Source: Elusimicrobiota bacterium (GTDB lineage Bacteria; Elusimicrobiota; Elusimicrobia; UBA1565; UBA9628). Taken from it: 64,000 bases of DNA. The notes beneath the pieces were generated by a model, which had not been told where the DNA came from, searched no databases, and worked only from the letters and a program-made list of their open reading frames with translations. Below are positions 44,681 through 54,385 of the stretch, in pieces (the stretch's first letter is position 1; each line of letters begins with the position of its first letter). The DNA is taken from contig JAGWUP010000002.1 of the NCBI GenBank assembly GCA_028868375.1, forward strand, positions 193,015 to 257,014, in the 5' to 3' direction. The position numbers and the translations under genes are program-made.

Positions 44681-45244
44681 ATGATCAGCACATCCGAATT
44701 CCACAACGGCCTCGTTTTCGAGGACGAGGGCCAGTTCTGGGAGATCCTGCAGTATCAGCATCACCGCAAGTCCCAGTCCGCCGCGGTCTACCGCACGACG
44801 TTGCGCTCCCTGCAGACCGGCAACGTCGTCGAGAGGTCCTACGCCTCCGGCACGAAGTTCCGCGAGGTGCCGGTGACCAAGCGCGAGAAGATCTACAGCT
44901 ATGACGAGGGCGCCAACGCAGTCTTCATGGACCAGGAGACCTACGATCAGGTCTCCTATCCCAAGGAAAAGCTGGGGGGGCAGGCGAAGTTCCTGCAGGA
45001 GAACATGGAGGTGCTGGGCGTCTACGTCGACGGCAAGCTGACCTCCATCGAGCTGCCGGCCAACGTCGTGCTCGAGGTGTCCTCGACGGTGCCCGGGGTC
45101 AAGGGCGACTCCGTTTCCAACATGACCAAGCCGGCGACGCTCTCGACCGGCCTGGAGATAGCGGTGCCTCTTTTCGTCAAGGAGGGCGACAAGATCCGGG
45201 TCGACACGCGCACCAGCCAGTACGTCGAGCGCGTCAAGGCCTGA
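44681..45244 (+). CDS. efp: Elongation factor P
   Basis: Length of 187 aa with the three-domain EF-P pattern (FHNGLVFEDEGQFWEIL ... KTSKV-like loop region ... C-terminal OB). It aligns along its length with E. coli EF-P from memory. Confidence 0.8.
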   Translation: MISTSEFHNGLVFEDEGQFWEILQYQHHRKSQSAAVYRTTLRSLQTGNVVERSYASGTKFREVPVTKREKIYSYDEGANAVFMDQETYDQVSYPKEKLGGQAKFLQENMEVLGVYVDGKLTSIELPANVVLEVSSTVPGVKGDSVSNMTKPATLSTGLEIAVPLFVKEGDKIRVDTRTSQYVERVKA

Positions 45245-45286
45245 CCCGCTGAAAAGTAGGGTCAGGCCTCGGATTTCAGCGGGAGC

Positions 45287-46003
45287 ATGATCAAGGCCGT
45301 CATCTTCGACATCGACAACACCCTGACCGACTTCATGAAGATGAAGCGGGCGGCGGTGGATTCGGCGGTGGAGGGGATGATCGACGCCGGGCTCAAGGTC
45401 GAGAAGACCGCGATGGTCGAGAAGATCTTCGACCTATACTGGAAAGAAGGCGTCGAGGACCAGAAGATATTCGACAAGGTCCTGGCCAAGGAGTTCGGCG
45501 GCATCGACTACAAGGTGCTGGCGGCCGCCATCATCGGCTACCGGCGCGCCAAGGCCGGGACGATGGCCCTCTATCCCCACGTCGGCTTGACCCTGGCCGA
45601 GCTGATGAAGATGGGCATCCGCATCGTGGTCGTCAGCGACGCGCCGCGCCTGGAGGTCTGGCTGCGCATCGTCAGCCTCGGCTTGCAGCACTCCTTCGAC
45701 CGCGTGATCACCTCCGAGGACACCGGCTTTAAGAAGCCCAACCCCGCCCCGTTTCGCAAGGCCCTGGAGGCGCTGGGCACCAAGCCGCGGGAGACGCTGA
45801 TGGTGGGCGACTGGGCGGAGCGGGACATGGCGGGGGCGAGGGCCTTGGGCATTCGCACCGCCTGGGCCAAGTACGGCGACACCTTCGACACCAAGGAGGC
45901 CGGCGCCGAGTTCGAGTTGGACGACATCTCACAACTGGTCGGGATCATCCGCTCCGAGAACGCCGGCAAGCCGCGGCGGGCCAAGGCGGCCGCGTCCCGG
46001 TGA
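45287..46003 (+). CDS. HAD-superfamily hydrolase
   Basis: Motif I VIFDIDNTL (DxD), motif II VVVSD, motif III K (FKKPNP) and motif IV MVGDWAERD. Confidence 0.7.
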   Translation: MIKAVIFDIDNTLTDFMKMKRAAVDSAVEGMIDAGLKVEKTAMVEKIFDLYWKEGVEDQKIFDKVLAKEFGGIDYKVLAAAIIGYRRAKAGTMALYPHVGLTLAELMKMGIRIVVVSDAPRLEVWLRIVSLGLQHSFDRVITSEDTGFKKPNPAPFRKALEALGTKPRETLMVGDWAERDMAGARALGIRTAWAKYGDTFDTKEAGAEFELDDISQLVGIIRSENAGKPRRAKAAASR

Positions 46004-47670
46004 GAAAGCTGCTGGCCGTCCTGGCCGCCGCGAGCCTCGCGGCCCAGCCCGCCCTCGCCTTCAAGATCGAGCGCCTGTCTCGTCCGTCCGTCGCCGGAGC
46101 CGCCGGGGCCGCCCCGATCGAGGTCGTGGCCGAGCAGATCCTGGTGAAGTTCGATCCCGCCGCGACCGGCTCTGAGCGTTCGGCCGCCCTGGCCGCCGTC
46201 CGCGGCAAGGTGTTGGGCCAGATTCTGGGCTGGACCATCGTCGAGCTTCCGTCCGGCGCCAGCGTCGTTGCCGCCCTGGCCGTCGCTCGGGGCATGCCGG
46301 GCGTGTCGGCGGCTTCCCCCAACCATGTCTTTCGGCCCCTGGCCGTGCCGAACGATCCCGCGGTGCCGTCGCAGTACTCCTTGCAGCAGGTCAACGCCTT
46401 CGCCGGCTGGGAGTACGAGCGCGGCTATTCCAACAAGGTCACCGTCGTCATCATCGACTCCGGCATCGACGCGACTCATCCGGACTTAAGCGGCAAGCTG
46501 GGCTGGACGGCGGCGAGCGCGGTCAAGCACCAGTCCGTCGACAACAACACCGGGGCGCTGACCGCCGAGGCTTCCCCGACCGCCAGCTGCCTGCACGGCA
46601 CGCAGGTGGCCAGCGTCGCCGCGGCCTCCACCGACAACTCACAGGGCATCGCCGGCATGTCCTGGGGGGCGCAGCTTTTGTCGCTGAAGGTGTTCAACAC
46701 GGCCGGCTGCAACGGGCCGACGCAGGAATGCGGTTGCGCCACCACCGACACCGCGATCGCCTCGGCGCTCGACTACGTCGCCAACACCGTGGCCGCCCCG
46801 GCCAACGCCGCCGCCGTGGGCAGGATCGTCGTCAACATGAGCCTGGGCGGCCCGGGGGCTTGCGGCGTCAACCCCCTGACCGAGACCGCGCTCAAGAACC
46901 TGCAGGCCAAGGGCGTGCCGGTGGCCATCGCCTCCGGCAACGCGCCCTTCTGCTCGGATCCGAATGCCGACGGCACCGGGGTCGACTCGCCGGCCAACTG
47001 CGCCGGCGTGGCGGCGCCGGACGGCATCATCCCGGTGGGGGCCACGGACGCCGCCGACGACGTCACCTCATACTCCTGCACCGGCCCGGAGCTGGCAAAG
47101 CACGGCCTGGTGGCTCCGGGGGACAGGGTGGCGGTGGACACGCCGGGCGGCGGAACGACCACCGATTCCGGGACCTCCTTCGCCGCGCCGCACGTGGCCG
47201 GCCTGGCGGCGCTGATGCTCTCGGCCAAGCCGGGGCTGACCACGGGCGACGTGGAGACCTCCCTGCGCGGGGGCGCCGACTCGATCGGCGGCGCCGCGGT
47301 GGCGGCGCTGGGCGCTCGGCCCTCCGGCAACGTCACCGGCGCGGGCCGCATGGACGCCTTCCGCTCCCTGCGCTTGGCCATCAAGGGCACCCTGGCGGAC
47401 TATCAGGGCGACCAGAAGGCCATCGCTTTCCCCAATCCTTTCCGGTTGTCGCAGACCGGCAGCGTCGCCTTCTCGGTGCCGCTGTCCCTGCAGGCGCCCG
47501 GCGCCACGATCAAGATCTACACGATGGACGGCGTGCTGGTGCGCACCTTGTCGGGCCTGACCTGGGACGCCAAGAACGACTCCGGCAGCCTTGTGGCCTC
47601 CGGCGTCTACATTTTCCTGCTGACCACCGACGCCGGCTCCACGCGGGGACGCCTCGCCGTGATCCGTTGA
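46000..47670 (+). CDS. Subtilisin-like serine protease (S8) with a C-terminal FlgD-Ig/T9SS-type sorting domain
   Basis: Signal peptide. Asp (VVIIDSGIDATHPDL), His (HGTQVASVAA) and Ser (GTSFAAPHVAGLAALM) catalytic motifs. The C-terminal ~80 aa (AFPNPFR ... IKIYTMDGVLVRTL ... ASGVYIFLLT) matches the Por/FlgD-Ig CTD pattern (YPNPF ... GVY). Confidence 0.8.
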   Translation: MRKLLAVLAAASLAAQPALAFKIERLSRPSVAGAAGAAPIEVVAEQILVKFDPAATGSERSAALAAVRGKVLGQILGWTIVELPSGASVVAALAVARGMPGVSAASPNHVFRPLAVPNDPAVPSQYSLQQVNAFAGWEYERGYSNKVTVVIIDSGIDATHPDLSGKLGWTAASAVKHQSVDNNTGALTAEASPTASCLHGTQVASVAAASTDNSQGIAGMSWGAQLLSLKVFNTAGCNGPTQECGCATTDTAIASALDYVANTVAAPANAAAVGRIVVNMSLGGPGACGVNPLTETALKNLQAKGVPVAIASGNAPFCSDPNADGTGVDSPANCAGVAAPDGIIPVGATDAADDVTSYSCTGPELAKHGLVAPGDRVAVDTPGGGTTTDSGTSFAAPHVAGLAALMLSAKPGLTTGDVETSLRGGADSIGGAAVAALGARPSGNVTGAGRMDAFRSLRLAIKGTLADYQGDQKAIAFPNPFRLSQTGSVAFSVPLSLQAPGATIKIYTMDGVLVRTLSGLTWDAKNDSGSLVASGVYIFLLTTDAGSTRGRLAVIR

Positions 47671-47765
47671 GGCGGGCGGGAGATTCGGCGGGAGGCGCTG
47701 GCGGTTGTGGCTTCGCTGCCCACTTATTACAATTGGTGACCGTGAAGGCACGCTTTACTTACACG

Positions 47766-48086
47766 ATGAGGGCGGATGAGGGGCGCTCGCGCGCGCGCGG
47801 GCTTTTGGGGCGCTCAGGCCTGGGCAGCGGGGAGGGCTTGCTCATCACCTTGGGCTTCGCCTCGCGCCTGGTGCCCTGCCCGACGATCCACACCCTGTTC
47901 ATGAAATTTCCGATAGACGCCCTGTTCTTGGACGGGCAGTGGCGCGCGGTGCACGTCGTCGAGAACATGCCGCCGTGGCGCTTCTCGGCCTGGGTGCCGA
48001 GCGCGCGCAGCGTCCTGGAGCTGCCGGCCGGAACCCTGCGCGGGACGGTCAGGGCGGGAGACCAAGTGGAGGTCCGCGCGGCGTGA
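47766..48086 (+). CDS. DUF192-family protein (putative)
   Basis: PIDALFLDGQWRAVHVVENMPPW...SVLELPAGT...GDQVEV matches the DUF192 pattern. The start is uncertain; a GTG at 47736 is also possible. Confidence 0.45.
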   Translation: MRADEGRSRARGLLGRSGLGSGEGLLITLGFASRLVPCPTIHTLFMKFPIDALFLDGQWRAVHVVENMPPWRFSAWVPSARSVLELPAGTLRGTVRAGDQVEVRAA

Positions 48087-49660
48087 GCGGCGAGGAAGAG
48101 CGGTTTAAGACCAGCAGCGGCATCGAGGTCGGGCGCTATTACGGACCCGACACCGTCCCGGCCGCCGATCCGGGAGAGCCCGGGAGCTTTCCCTTCACGC
48201 GCGGGGTCCAGAAGACGATGTACCGCGGCCGGTTGTGGACGATGCGCCAGTACGCCGGCTTCGGCACGGCGGAGGAGACCAACCGGCGCTTCCGCTGGCT
48301 GTTGGAGCAGGGGCAGACAGGCTTGTCGACGGCCTTCGACCTGCCCACCCAGATGGGCTTGGACGCGGACGATCCGCGCGCCGCCGGGGAGGTCGGGCGG
48401 GTCGGCGTGCACGTCGGCACGCTGGCGGACATGGAGACCCTGTTCGATTCGATTCCCCTGGAGCAGGTTTCCACCTCTCTTACGATCAACGCGACGGCCA
48501 TGGTGCTGCTGGCGCTCTACGTCGCCGTGGCCAAGCGGCGCGGCGTCGCCTTGGAGCAGCTTCGCGGCACGCTGCAGAACGACATCCTCAAGGAGTTCAT
48601 GGCGCGCGGCACCTATATCTTTCCGGTCAAGCCCAGCCTGCGCCTGGCCGCCGACACGATGGAATGGTCCCTGGGCCACCTGCCGCGCTTCAACCCGATC
48701 TCGATCTCCGGCTATCACATTCGCGAGGCCGGCAGCGACGCCGTCCAGGAGCTGGCCTTCACATTCGGCGACGCCGAGGCCTATTTGAAGGAGCTGCTTA
48801 GCCGCGGGCTGGCCATCGACGAGATCGGCCCCCGCCTGGCCTTCTTCTTCGGCTGCCACAACCATTTCCTGGAGGAGATCGCGAAGTTCCGGGCCGCCCG
48901 GCGCGTCTGGGCCCGCATCATGCGGGACGGTTTCGGCGCCCGGCAGCCGCGCTCGCAGACCCTGCGCTTCCACGTGCAGACCTGCGGCTCGACCTTGACC
49001 AGCCAGCAGCCCCGCAACAACGTCATCCGCGTGGCGCTGCAGGCGATGGCGGCGGTGCTGGGAGGCGCGCAGTCGCTGCACACCAACGCCTTCGACGAGG
49101 CCCTGGCCCTGCCCAGCGAGGAATCGGCGCGGCTGGCGCTGCGCACCCAGCAGATACTCGCCTGCGAGACGGGCGTGGCCGACACCGTCGATCCGGTCGG
49201 CGGCGCCTACGCGATCGAGAGCCTGACCGACGAGCTGGAGCGCCGCGTGGAGGAGAAGCTCTCCCGCATCCGCGCCGAGGGCGGCATGGTCGGCTTGATC
49301 GAGCGCGGCTTGCCGCAGGCCGAGATCCAGGAGAAGGCCTACGAGCATGCCCGCGGCGTGGAGTCCGGCCGGCGCGTCGTGGTGGGCGTCAACGCCTTCG
49401 CGCTCGAGGACGGCGCCGGCGGGGCGGCCGCTTCCTTGCGGGTCTCCCCGGAGCTGGAGGCGCGTCAGCTCGAGCGCTTGAAGGACTTCAAGGCGTCCAG
49501 GGACGGCCGCGCGGCCCGCTCGGCGCTCGACGCCTTGGCGGAGGCCGCCGGCTCCAAGGAGAATTTGTTTCCCTTGGTCTTGCGCTGCGTGGAAAAGGCC
49601 GCTACCCTGGGGGAGATTTGCGCGGTCTTGCGGAAGCGCTTCGGAGGTTATGGCGGTTAA
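48083..49660 (+). CDS. Methylmalonyl-CoA mutase family, catalytic (TIM-barrel) subunit without B12 domain
   Basis: [55 protein letters not shown] is the MCM substrate-binding barrel signature. The GTG start overlaps the upstream stop (GTGA). The B12-binding module is encoded separately at 52531. Confidence 0.8.
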   Translation: MSGEEERFKTSSGIEVGRYYGPDTVPAADPGEPGSFPFTRGVQKTMYRGRLWTMRQYAGFGTAEETNRRFRWLLEQGQTGLSTAFDLPTQMGLDADDPRAAGEVGRVGVHVGTLADMETLFDSIPLEQVSTSLTINATAMVLLALYVAVAKRRGVALEQLRGTLQNDILKEFMARGTYIFPVKPSLRLAADTMEWSLGHLPRFNPISISGYHIREAGSDAVQELAFTFGDAEAYLKELLSRGLAIDEIGPRLAFFFGCHNHFLEEIAKFRAARRVWARIMRDGFGARQPRSQTLRFHVQTCGSTLTSQQPRNNVIRVALQAMAAVLGGAQSLHTNAFDEALALPSEESARLALRTQQILACETGVADTVDPVGGAYAIESLTDELERRVEEKLSRIRAEGGMVGLIERGLPQAEIQEKAYEHARGVESGRRVVVGVNAFALEDGAGGAAASLRVSPELEARQLERLKDFKASRDGRAARSALDALAEAAGSKENLFPLVLRCVEKAATLGEICAVLRKRFGGYGG

Positions 49661-51461
49661 AGGCTTGCGGCGGCACAAGACGGTGGCGGAGATACTATCC
49701 GGCAGAGGGCTCCTGAGCGAGGACCAGCTCAAGGAGGCGGACGCCAACGCCCGCAAGAACGGCAAGCCGCTGCAGCAGGCCGTCCTCGACGCCAATTTCG
49801 TCGGCAAGAGCGTATTGCTCAAGGCCCTCTCGGAGGAATGGCAGGTCAAGGCCGTCGACTTAGACCAGATGGAGATCGACGCCGAGATCGTCAAGATCAT
49901 TCCGGAGGCGGTGGCGCGGCGCCATCGCGCCGTGCCCTTCGCCAAGGAGGAGAGCACCCTCTTCGTCGCGATGGCGGACCCCCGCGACTTCTTCGTGTCC
50001 GAGGACCTCCAACTGCGCACCGGCCTCTCCATCCAGCCCTACCTGGCGATCCCGCAGGACGTGCGCTCGGCCATAGACGGGGCCTATGGAAACATGGCCG
50101 GGGAGGTGGTCCACAAGCTGATCCAGGACGTCGTCGACAAGCAGGCGGGGCCGGAGCTTGTCGTGGATTCCGGCGTCGAGCTGCGCCAGGAGCAGGAGAA
50201 GAAGGCGGAGATCACGGAGGTCGACGCCTCCGCGCCGGAGGTCGAGAAGATCGTCAACGCCGTCATCCTGGGCGCCCTCTCGATGAAGGCCTCCGACATC
50301 CACATCGAGCCCTTCGAGGATCCGGCGGGCAAGCTCTCGAAGATACTCCTGCGCTACCGCGTCGACGGCCAATTGGTTCCCGGGCCCTTCACCGTGCCGT
50401 GGTCCTACCGGCACGCGGTCTCGGCCAAGATCAAGATCATGACCAACTCGATGAACATCACCGAGCGCAGGGTTCCGCAGTCGGGCCGCATCCAGCTGCT
50501 GGCGCAGGGCGATCCGATCGAGTTTCGCGTCGAGATGGTGCCGACCGTCTACGGCGAGTCCTGCGTGATGCGCATCCTCGACCGCAAGAGCGTCCAGGTC
50601 GACATCATGAAGATGGGATTCTTGAAGGACACCCTCGACAAATTCCTGAGCCTGCTCAAGGGAATCGGCGGCAAGAAGAACTTCGGCTTGATCCTGGTCT
50701 GCGGTCCCACCGGCTCGGGCAAGTCCACGACCCTCTACGCGGCCCTCAACCACGTCAATCGGCCGGACATCAAGATCCTGACCGCGGAGAACCCGGTCGA
50801 GTACAATCTCGACGGCATCGTGCAGGTTCCGGTCAACCCGGACCTGAAGCTGGGGGAGGGCAAGAAGTTCGATTTCGCCACCGCCCTGCGCTCCTTTTTG
50901 CGGCTGGACCCGGACGTCATCATGGTCGGCGAGATCCGCGACGAGGAGACGGCCCATATCGCGATGGAGGCGGCGATGACGGGGCATTTGGTCTTCTCGA
51001 CCCTGCACACCAACGACTCCAGCTCCGCGATCTCGCGCCTGGCGGACATGGGGCTGCCGGCCTTCATGGTGGCCACCACGGTCAAGGCGGTCCTGGCCCA
51101 GCGCCTCTCGCGCCGCCTCTGCGCCGACTGCAAGATCGCGCACGACCCGACGCCGGAGGAGGTGCAGATCTTCAAGCTCAACGGCGTCTCCCTGCCCTCC
51201 GCCCAGAAGATCTACGGCCCTCCGCCAGACGGCGGCTCCTGCGCGGGCTGCAAGGGCTTGGGCTTCCGCGGGAGGGTGGGCCTGCACGAGCTGCTGGTGA
51301 TGAGCGATGCGCTGCGCGGCCTCTGCCTTAAGGACGTCGCGGCAGACCCGCTGCGCGAGCAGGCGCGCAAGGAAGGGCTGCGCTTGATCGTCCAGGACGG
51401 GCTTGAGAAGGTCAAGCTCGGATTGACGACCGTGCGCGAGGTCCTGGGGGGAACGGAATGA
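49650..51461 (+). CDS. pilB: Type IV pilus assembly / T2SS ATPase (PilB/GspE family) with an MshEN-like N-terminal domain
   Basis: Walker A (LVCGPTGSGKSTTL), Asp/His boxes (VGEIRDEETAHIAMEAAMTGHLVFSTLHTN) and a tetracysteine motif (CADCK...CAGCKGLGFRGR). The N-terminal GSPII_E_N reads LSGRGLLSEDQLKEA ... AVLDANFVGKSVLLKAL. Confidence 0.8.
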   Translation: MAVKGLRRHKTVAEILSGRGLLSEDQLKEADANARKNGKPLQQAVLDANFVGKSVLLKALSEEWQVKAVDLDQMEIDAEIVKIIPEAVARRHRAVPFAKEESTLFVAMADPRDFFVSEDLQLRTGLSIQPYLAIPQDVRSAIDGAYGNMAGEVVHKLIQDVVDKQAGPELVVDSGVELRQEQEKKAEITEVDASAPEVEKIVNAVILGALSMKASDIHIEPFEDPAGKLSKILLRYRVDGQLVPGPFTVPWSYRHAVSAKIKIMTNSMNITERRVPQSGRIQLLAQGDPIEFRVEMVPTVYGESCVMRILDRKSVQVDIMKMGFLKDTLDKFLSLLKGIGGKKNFGLILVCGPTGSGKSTTLYAALNHVNRPDIKILTAENPVEYNLDGIVQVPVNPDLKLGEGKKFDFATALRSFLRLDPDVIMVGEIRDEETAHIAMEAAMTGHLVFSTLHTNDSSSAISRLADMGLPAFMVATTVKAVLAQRLSRRLCADCKIAHDPTPEEVQIFKLNGVSLPSAQKIYGPPPDGGSCAGCKGLGFRGRVGLHELLVMSDALRGLCLKDVAADPLREQARKEGLRLIVQDGLEKVKLGLTTVREVLGGTE

Positions 51462-52537
51462 GCGCCGGAACGCTGGACGCGGCGATGGCCTTGGAGCTGT
51501 TCTCCATCGCCAACTCGCTTAACTCGACGCGCGATCTCGACTATCTGCTGCAGAAAATCGGAGCGGCGGCGGAAAGGCTGCTGGACTCCGAGGCCAGCGC
51601 GATCATGCTGGTCACCGACGACAAGAAGAATTTGTTCTTCCGGGCCGCTTCCGGCGACAAGGCCGGGGCCTTGAAGACCATGACCTTGCCGATCGGCCAG
51701 GGCATCGCCGGCTGGGTGGCCGAACGCCGACAGCCGGAGCTCGTCAACGACGCCAAGAACGATCCCCGTTTCACGGGGAAGTTCGATCGGGCCTCCGGCT
51801 TCGTCACGCGCTCCTTGTTGTGCGTGCCGATGATCTTCCGAGACGAGCTGGTGGGAGTCGTCGAGGTGCTCAACCGGCGCGGCGGTCCCTACGGCCCGGA
51901 GCACGTCCAGCTGTTGACGACCCTGGCCGGCCTGGCGTCGGTGGCCGTCACCAACACCAAGATCATCCAGGAGCAGAAGAACTTCTTTTCCCACGTGATG
52001 GAGCTCTTGACCAGCGTGATCGAAACGTCCCGGCCGCATATGGAGGAGCACCCCACGCGCTCGGCCAAGCTCGCCTGCGCCGTCGGCCGCCTGCTGGAGG
52101 TCGACGAGTACGAGTACCGGATGCTCTATTACGCCGGCATTCTGCACGACATCGGCTACACCGCCTTCAAGAACCTGAGGGTGTTGGCCGAGCTCGGCGT
52201 GGGCAGCCCGACGGACGAGATGCATCCAGTCATCTCGGCCAAGCTGCTGGAAGGCATCAAGATGCTCGAGGGGGCCATCCCCATCATCCGGCATCACCAC
52301 GAGCGCTTCGACGGCGGGGGCTATCCGTCCAAGCTGAAGGGCGATGCGATTCCGCTGGGAGCGCGCATCCTGGCCGGGGTCGAGGCGGTCGAGGAGCTGC
52401 GGATGGCGGGCCTCAAGGACGAGGAGCTTTGGCGGCGAGCCCTCGCTGAGCTGCGCGCCGGCTCCGGCTCCCGCTTCGACCCGAATGTCGTCGAGGCCCT
52501 CGCCGCGATCGCCGAGCATCCGGAGGGAACATGGTAG
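51458..52537 (+). CDS. GAF-domain HD-GYP phosphodiesterase (putative c-di-GMP PDE)
   Basis: An N-terminal GAF domain ([29 protein letters not shown]) and a C-terminal HD-GYP domain ([10 protein letters not shown] ... [18 protein letters not shown]). The ATG overlaps the pilB stop (ATGA). Confidence 0.75.
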   Translation: MSAGTLDAAMALELFSIANSLNSTRDLDYLLQKIGAAAERLLDSEASAIMLVTDDKKNLFFRAASGDKAGALKTMTLPIGQGIAGWVAERRQPELVNDAKNDPRFTGKFDRASGFVTRSLLCVPMIFRDELVGVVEVLNRRGGPYGPEHVQLLTTLAGLASVAVTNTKIIQEQKNFFSHVMELLTSVIETSRPHMEEHPTRSAKLACAVGRLLEVDEYEYRMLYYAGILHDIGYTAFKNLRVLAELGVGSPTDEMHPVISAKLLEGIKMLEGAIPIIRHHHERFDGGGYPSKLKGDAIPLGARILAGVEAVEELRMAGLKDEELWRRALAELRAGSGSRFDPNVVEALAAIAEHPEGTW

Positions 52538-52953
52538 GCAATCCGCGAAGGCCGCTGCGCGTGCTCATCGCCAAGCCGGGGCTGGACGGGCACGATCGAG
52601 GGGCGAAGGTCATCGTCCGCGCGCTGCGCGACGCCGGCTTCGAGGTCATCTACACCGGCATCCGCCAGACGCCGGACATGATCGCGGCCACGGCCTTGCA
52701 GGAGGACGTCGACGCCGTCGGCTTGTCGCTGTTGTCCGGCGCGCACATGACGCTGTTTCCGCAGATCGTGGAGGGGTTGCGCCGGAGGGGCCTGGGCTCG
52801 GTCCTGGTGTTCGGCGGAGGAATCATCCCGGACGAGGACGTGCCGCGCCTGCAAGCCGCGGGAGTGGACCGAGTCTTCGGGCCGGGCACGCCCCTGCGCT
52901 CCATCGCCGAGTATCTCAAGGAGAAGCTTGCCTCCAAGACAGTCGCCCGATAG
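52531..52953 (+). CDS. Methylmalonyl-CoA mutase B12-binding subunit
   Basis: Cobalamin-binding motif DxHxxG (LDGHDRGAK) and a Rossmann-like fold ([33 protein letters not shown] ... [13 protein letters not shown]). Confidence 0.75.
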   Translation: MVGNPRRPLRVLIAKPGLDGHDRGAKVIVRALRDAGFEVIYTGIRQTPDMIAATALQEDVDAVGLSLLSGAHMTLFPQIVEGLRRRGLGSVLVFGGGIIPDEDVPRLQAAGVDRVFGPGTPLRSIAEYLKEKLASKTVAR

Positions 52954-53890
52954 CTCCCCCGCAGAGGACTTGGCCCGGCTGGTCTTGTCCGGCGATACCG
53001 GGGCGCTGGCCCGCTCCCTGTCCCTGATCATCGACGAGTCCGGCGAGGCGGACGTCCTTATCCGCAGCTTCTTTCCTAAATCCGGGAGCGCCCAAAAGAT
53101 CGGCATTTGCGGCCCGCCCGGAGCCGGCAAGTCCACCCTGACCGGCCGCCTGGTCGCCTTATATAGGAAGGCGGGCTTGAAGGTCGGAGTCCTGGCCGTC
53201 GATCCCTCCTCGCCGATCTCCGGCGGGGCGTTTTTAGGGGATCGCCTGCGCATCCAGGACCATGCCACGGATTCGGGCGTCTTCATCCGCTCCCTGGCCA
53301 CGCGCGGCATGGTCGGCGGCGTCTCGCACACGATCTTCGGCGCGATCCACGCCCTGGAGGCCTGGGGCTGCGACCGCATCGTCGTGGAGACGGTGGGCAC
53401 CGGCCAGGACGAGGTGGTCATCGCCCGCGTCGCCGACACGGTCGTCTACGTGACCACCCCGACGATGGGCGACGAAATACAAGCGATGAAGGCCGGGGTC
53501 ATGGAGGTCGCCGATCTCTTCGTCGTCAACAAGGCGGACTTGTCCGGAGCGCACAAGGCCATTTCCGATCTTAAGACCGCCCTGGGCCTGGGCCGCGAGG
53601 CAGGCTGCGGCGGCTGGCAGACGCCGGTGCTGGGGATTTCCGCGTTGAGCGGCCAGGGCCTGCCGGAATTGCTCGCCGGCCTTGACGAGCACGCGCGCCA
53701 CCTGCGGGACAGCGGCGAGGGCCGGGAGAGGCTGAAGCGGCAGTACCGAGAGGAGGTGTCGCTGTATGTCTCCCGGCGCGTCTATCAAGACGCCTTAAGC
53801 CAGATGGATTCCCACTTAGACGAGCTGGTCGACCACAAATCGGATCCTCCCAGCGTCGCCGCCCGGATGCTTCGGGGTGGCGCAAACTGA
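52928..53890 (+). CDS. meaB: Methylmalonyl-CoA mutase-associated GTPase MeaB/ArgK
   Basis: P-loop [13 protein letters not shown], a switch region, NKAD (VVNKADL) and SALSGQG (G5). The start is uncertain and could lie slightly downstream. Confidence 0.8.
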   Translation: MPPRQSPDSSPAEDLARLVLSGDTGALARSLSLIIDESGEADVLIRSFFPKSGSAQKIGICGPPGAGKSTLTGRLVALYRKAGLKVGVLAVDPSSPISGGAFLGDRLRIQDHATDSGVFIRSLATRGMVGGVSHTIFGAIHALEAWGCDRIVVETVGTGQDEVVIARVADTVVYVTTPTMGDEIQAMKAGVMEVADLFVVNKADLSGAHKAISDLKTALGLGREAGCGGWQTPVLGISALSGQGLPELLAGLDEHARHLRDSGEGRERLKRQYREEVSLYVSRRVYQDALSQMDSHLDELVDHKSDPPSVAARMLRGGAN

Positions 53891-53896
53891 AAAAAC

Positions 53897-54337
53897 ATGC
53901 CTGACCCCAAATTTCAGTTTCAAGTGGACCACGTCGGGGTGGCGGTGAGGAGCATCGAGGAGGCGCTTCCTTTTTATAGGAAGGCGCTGGGGCTGGAGGC
54001 GGGACACCGCGAGGAGGTGGCCTCCCAGGGGGTGCGCGTGGCCTTTCTCCAGGCCGGCCAGGCCTCCATCGAGCTGCTGGAGCCGATCGGAGAGGAGGGG
54101 CCGGTGGCCAAGTTCCTGAGGCTGCGCGGCCCGGGCCTCCACCATGTCGCCTTCCGCGCCGGCGAGCTCGCCGCCCAGATGGAGCGGCTGCGCCGCGCCG
54201 GCCTGCCGCCCATCGAGTCCGCGCCGCGGCCCGGGGCGCGGGGACACCAGGTCTGCTTCCTGCCGCCCAGGCAGGCGGCGGGGGTCTTGGTCGAGCTGGT
54301 CTCTGGCGGCCCGGGCTCCTTGCCGTCGTCCCGATAG
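53897..54337 (+). CDS. Methylmalonyl-CoA epimerase (VOC family)
   Basis: VDHVGVAV...LEPIGEEGPVAKFL...GLHHVAF match the metal ligands typical of MCE (H, E, H, E positions). Confidence 0.7.
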   Translation: MPDPKFQFQVDHVGVAVRSIEEALPFYRKALGLEAGHREEVASQGVRVAFLQAGQASIELLEPIGEEGPVAKFLRLRGPGLHHVAFRAGELAAQMERLRRAGLPPIESAPRPGARGHQVCFLPPRQAAGVLVELVSGGPGSLPSSR

Positions 54338-54385
54338 GCTTTTAGCTGTTTTTGCCGCCTTCTTCTATTCTAAAATCCGGGCAAG

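Noticed and set aside
47759-50032. 757-aa minus-strand ORF
   Set aside because: Antisense to the methylmalonyl-CoA mutase catalytic subunit and the pilB start. No motifs.
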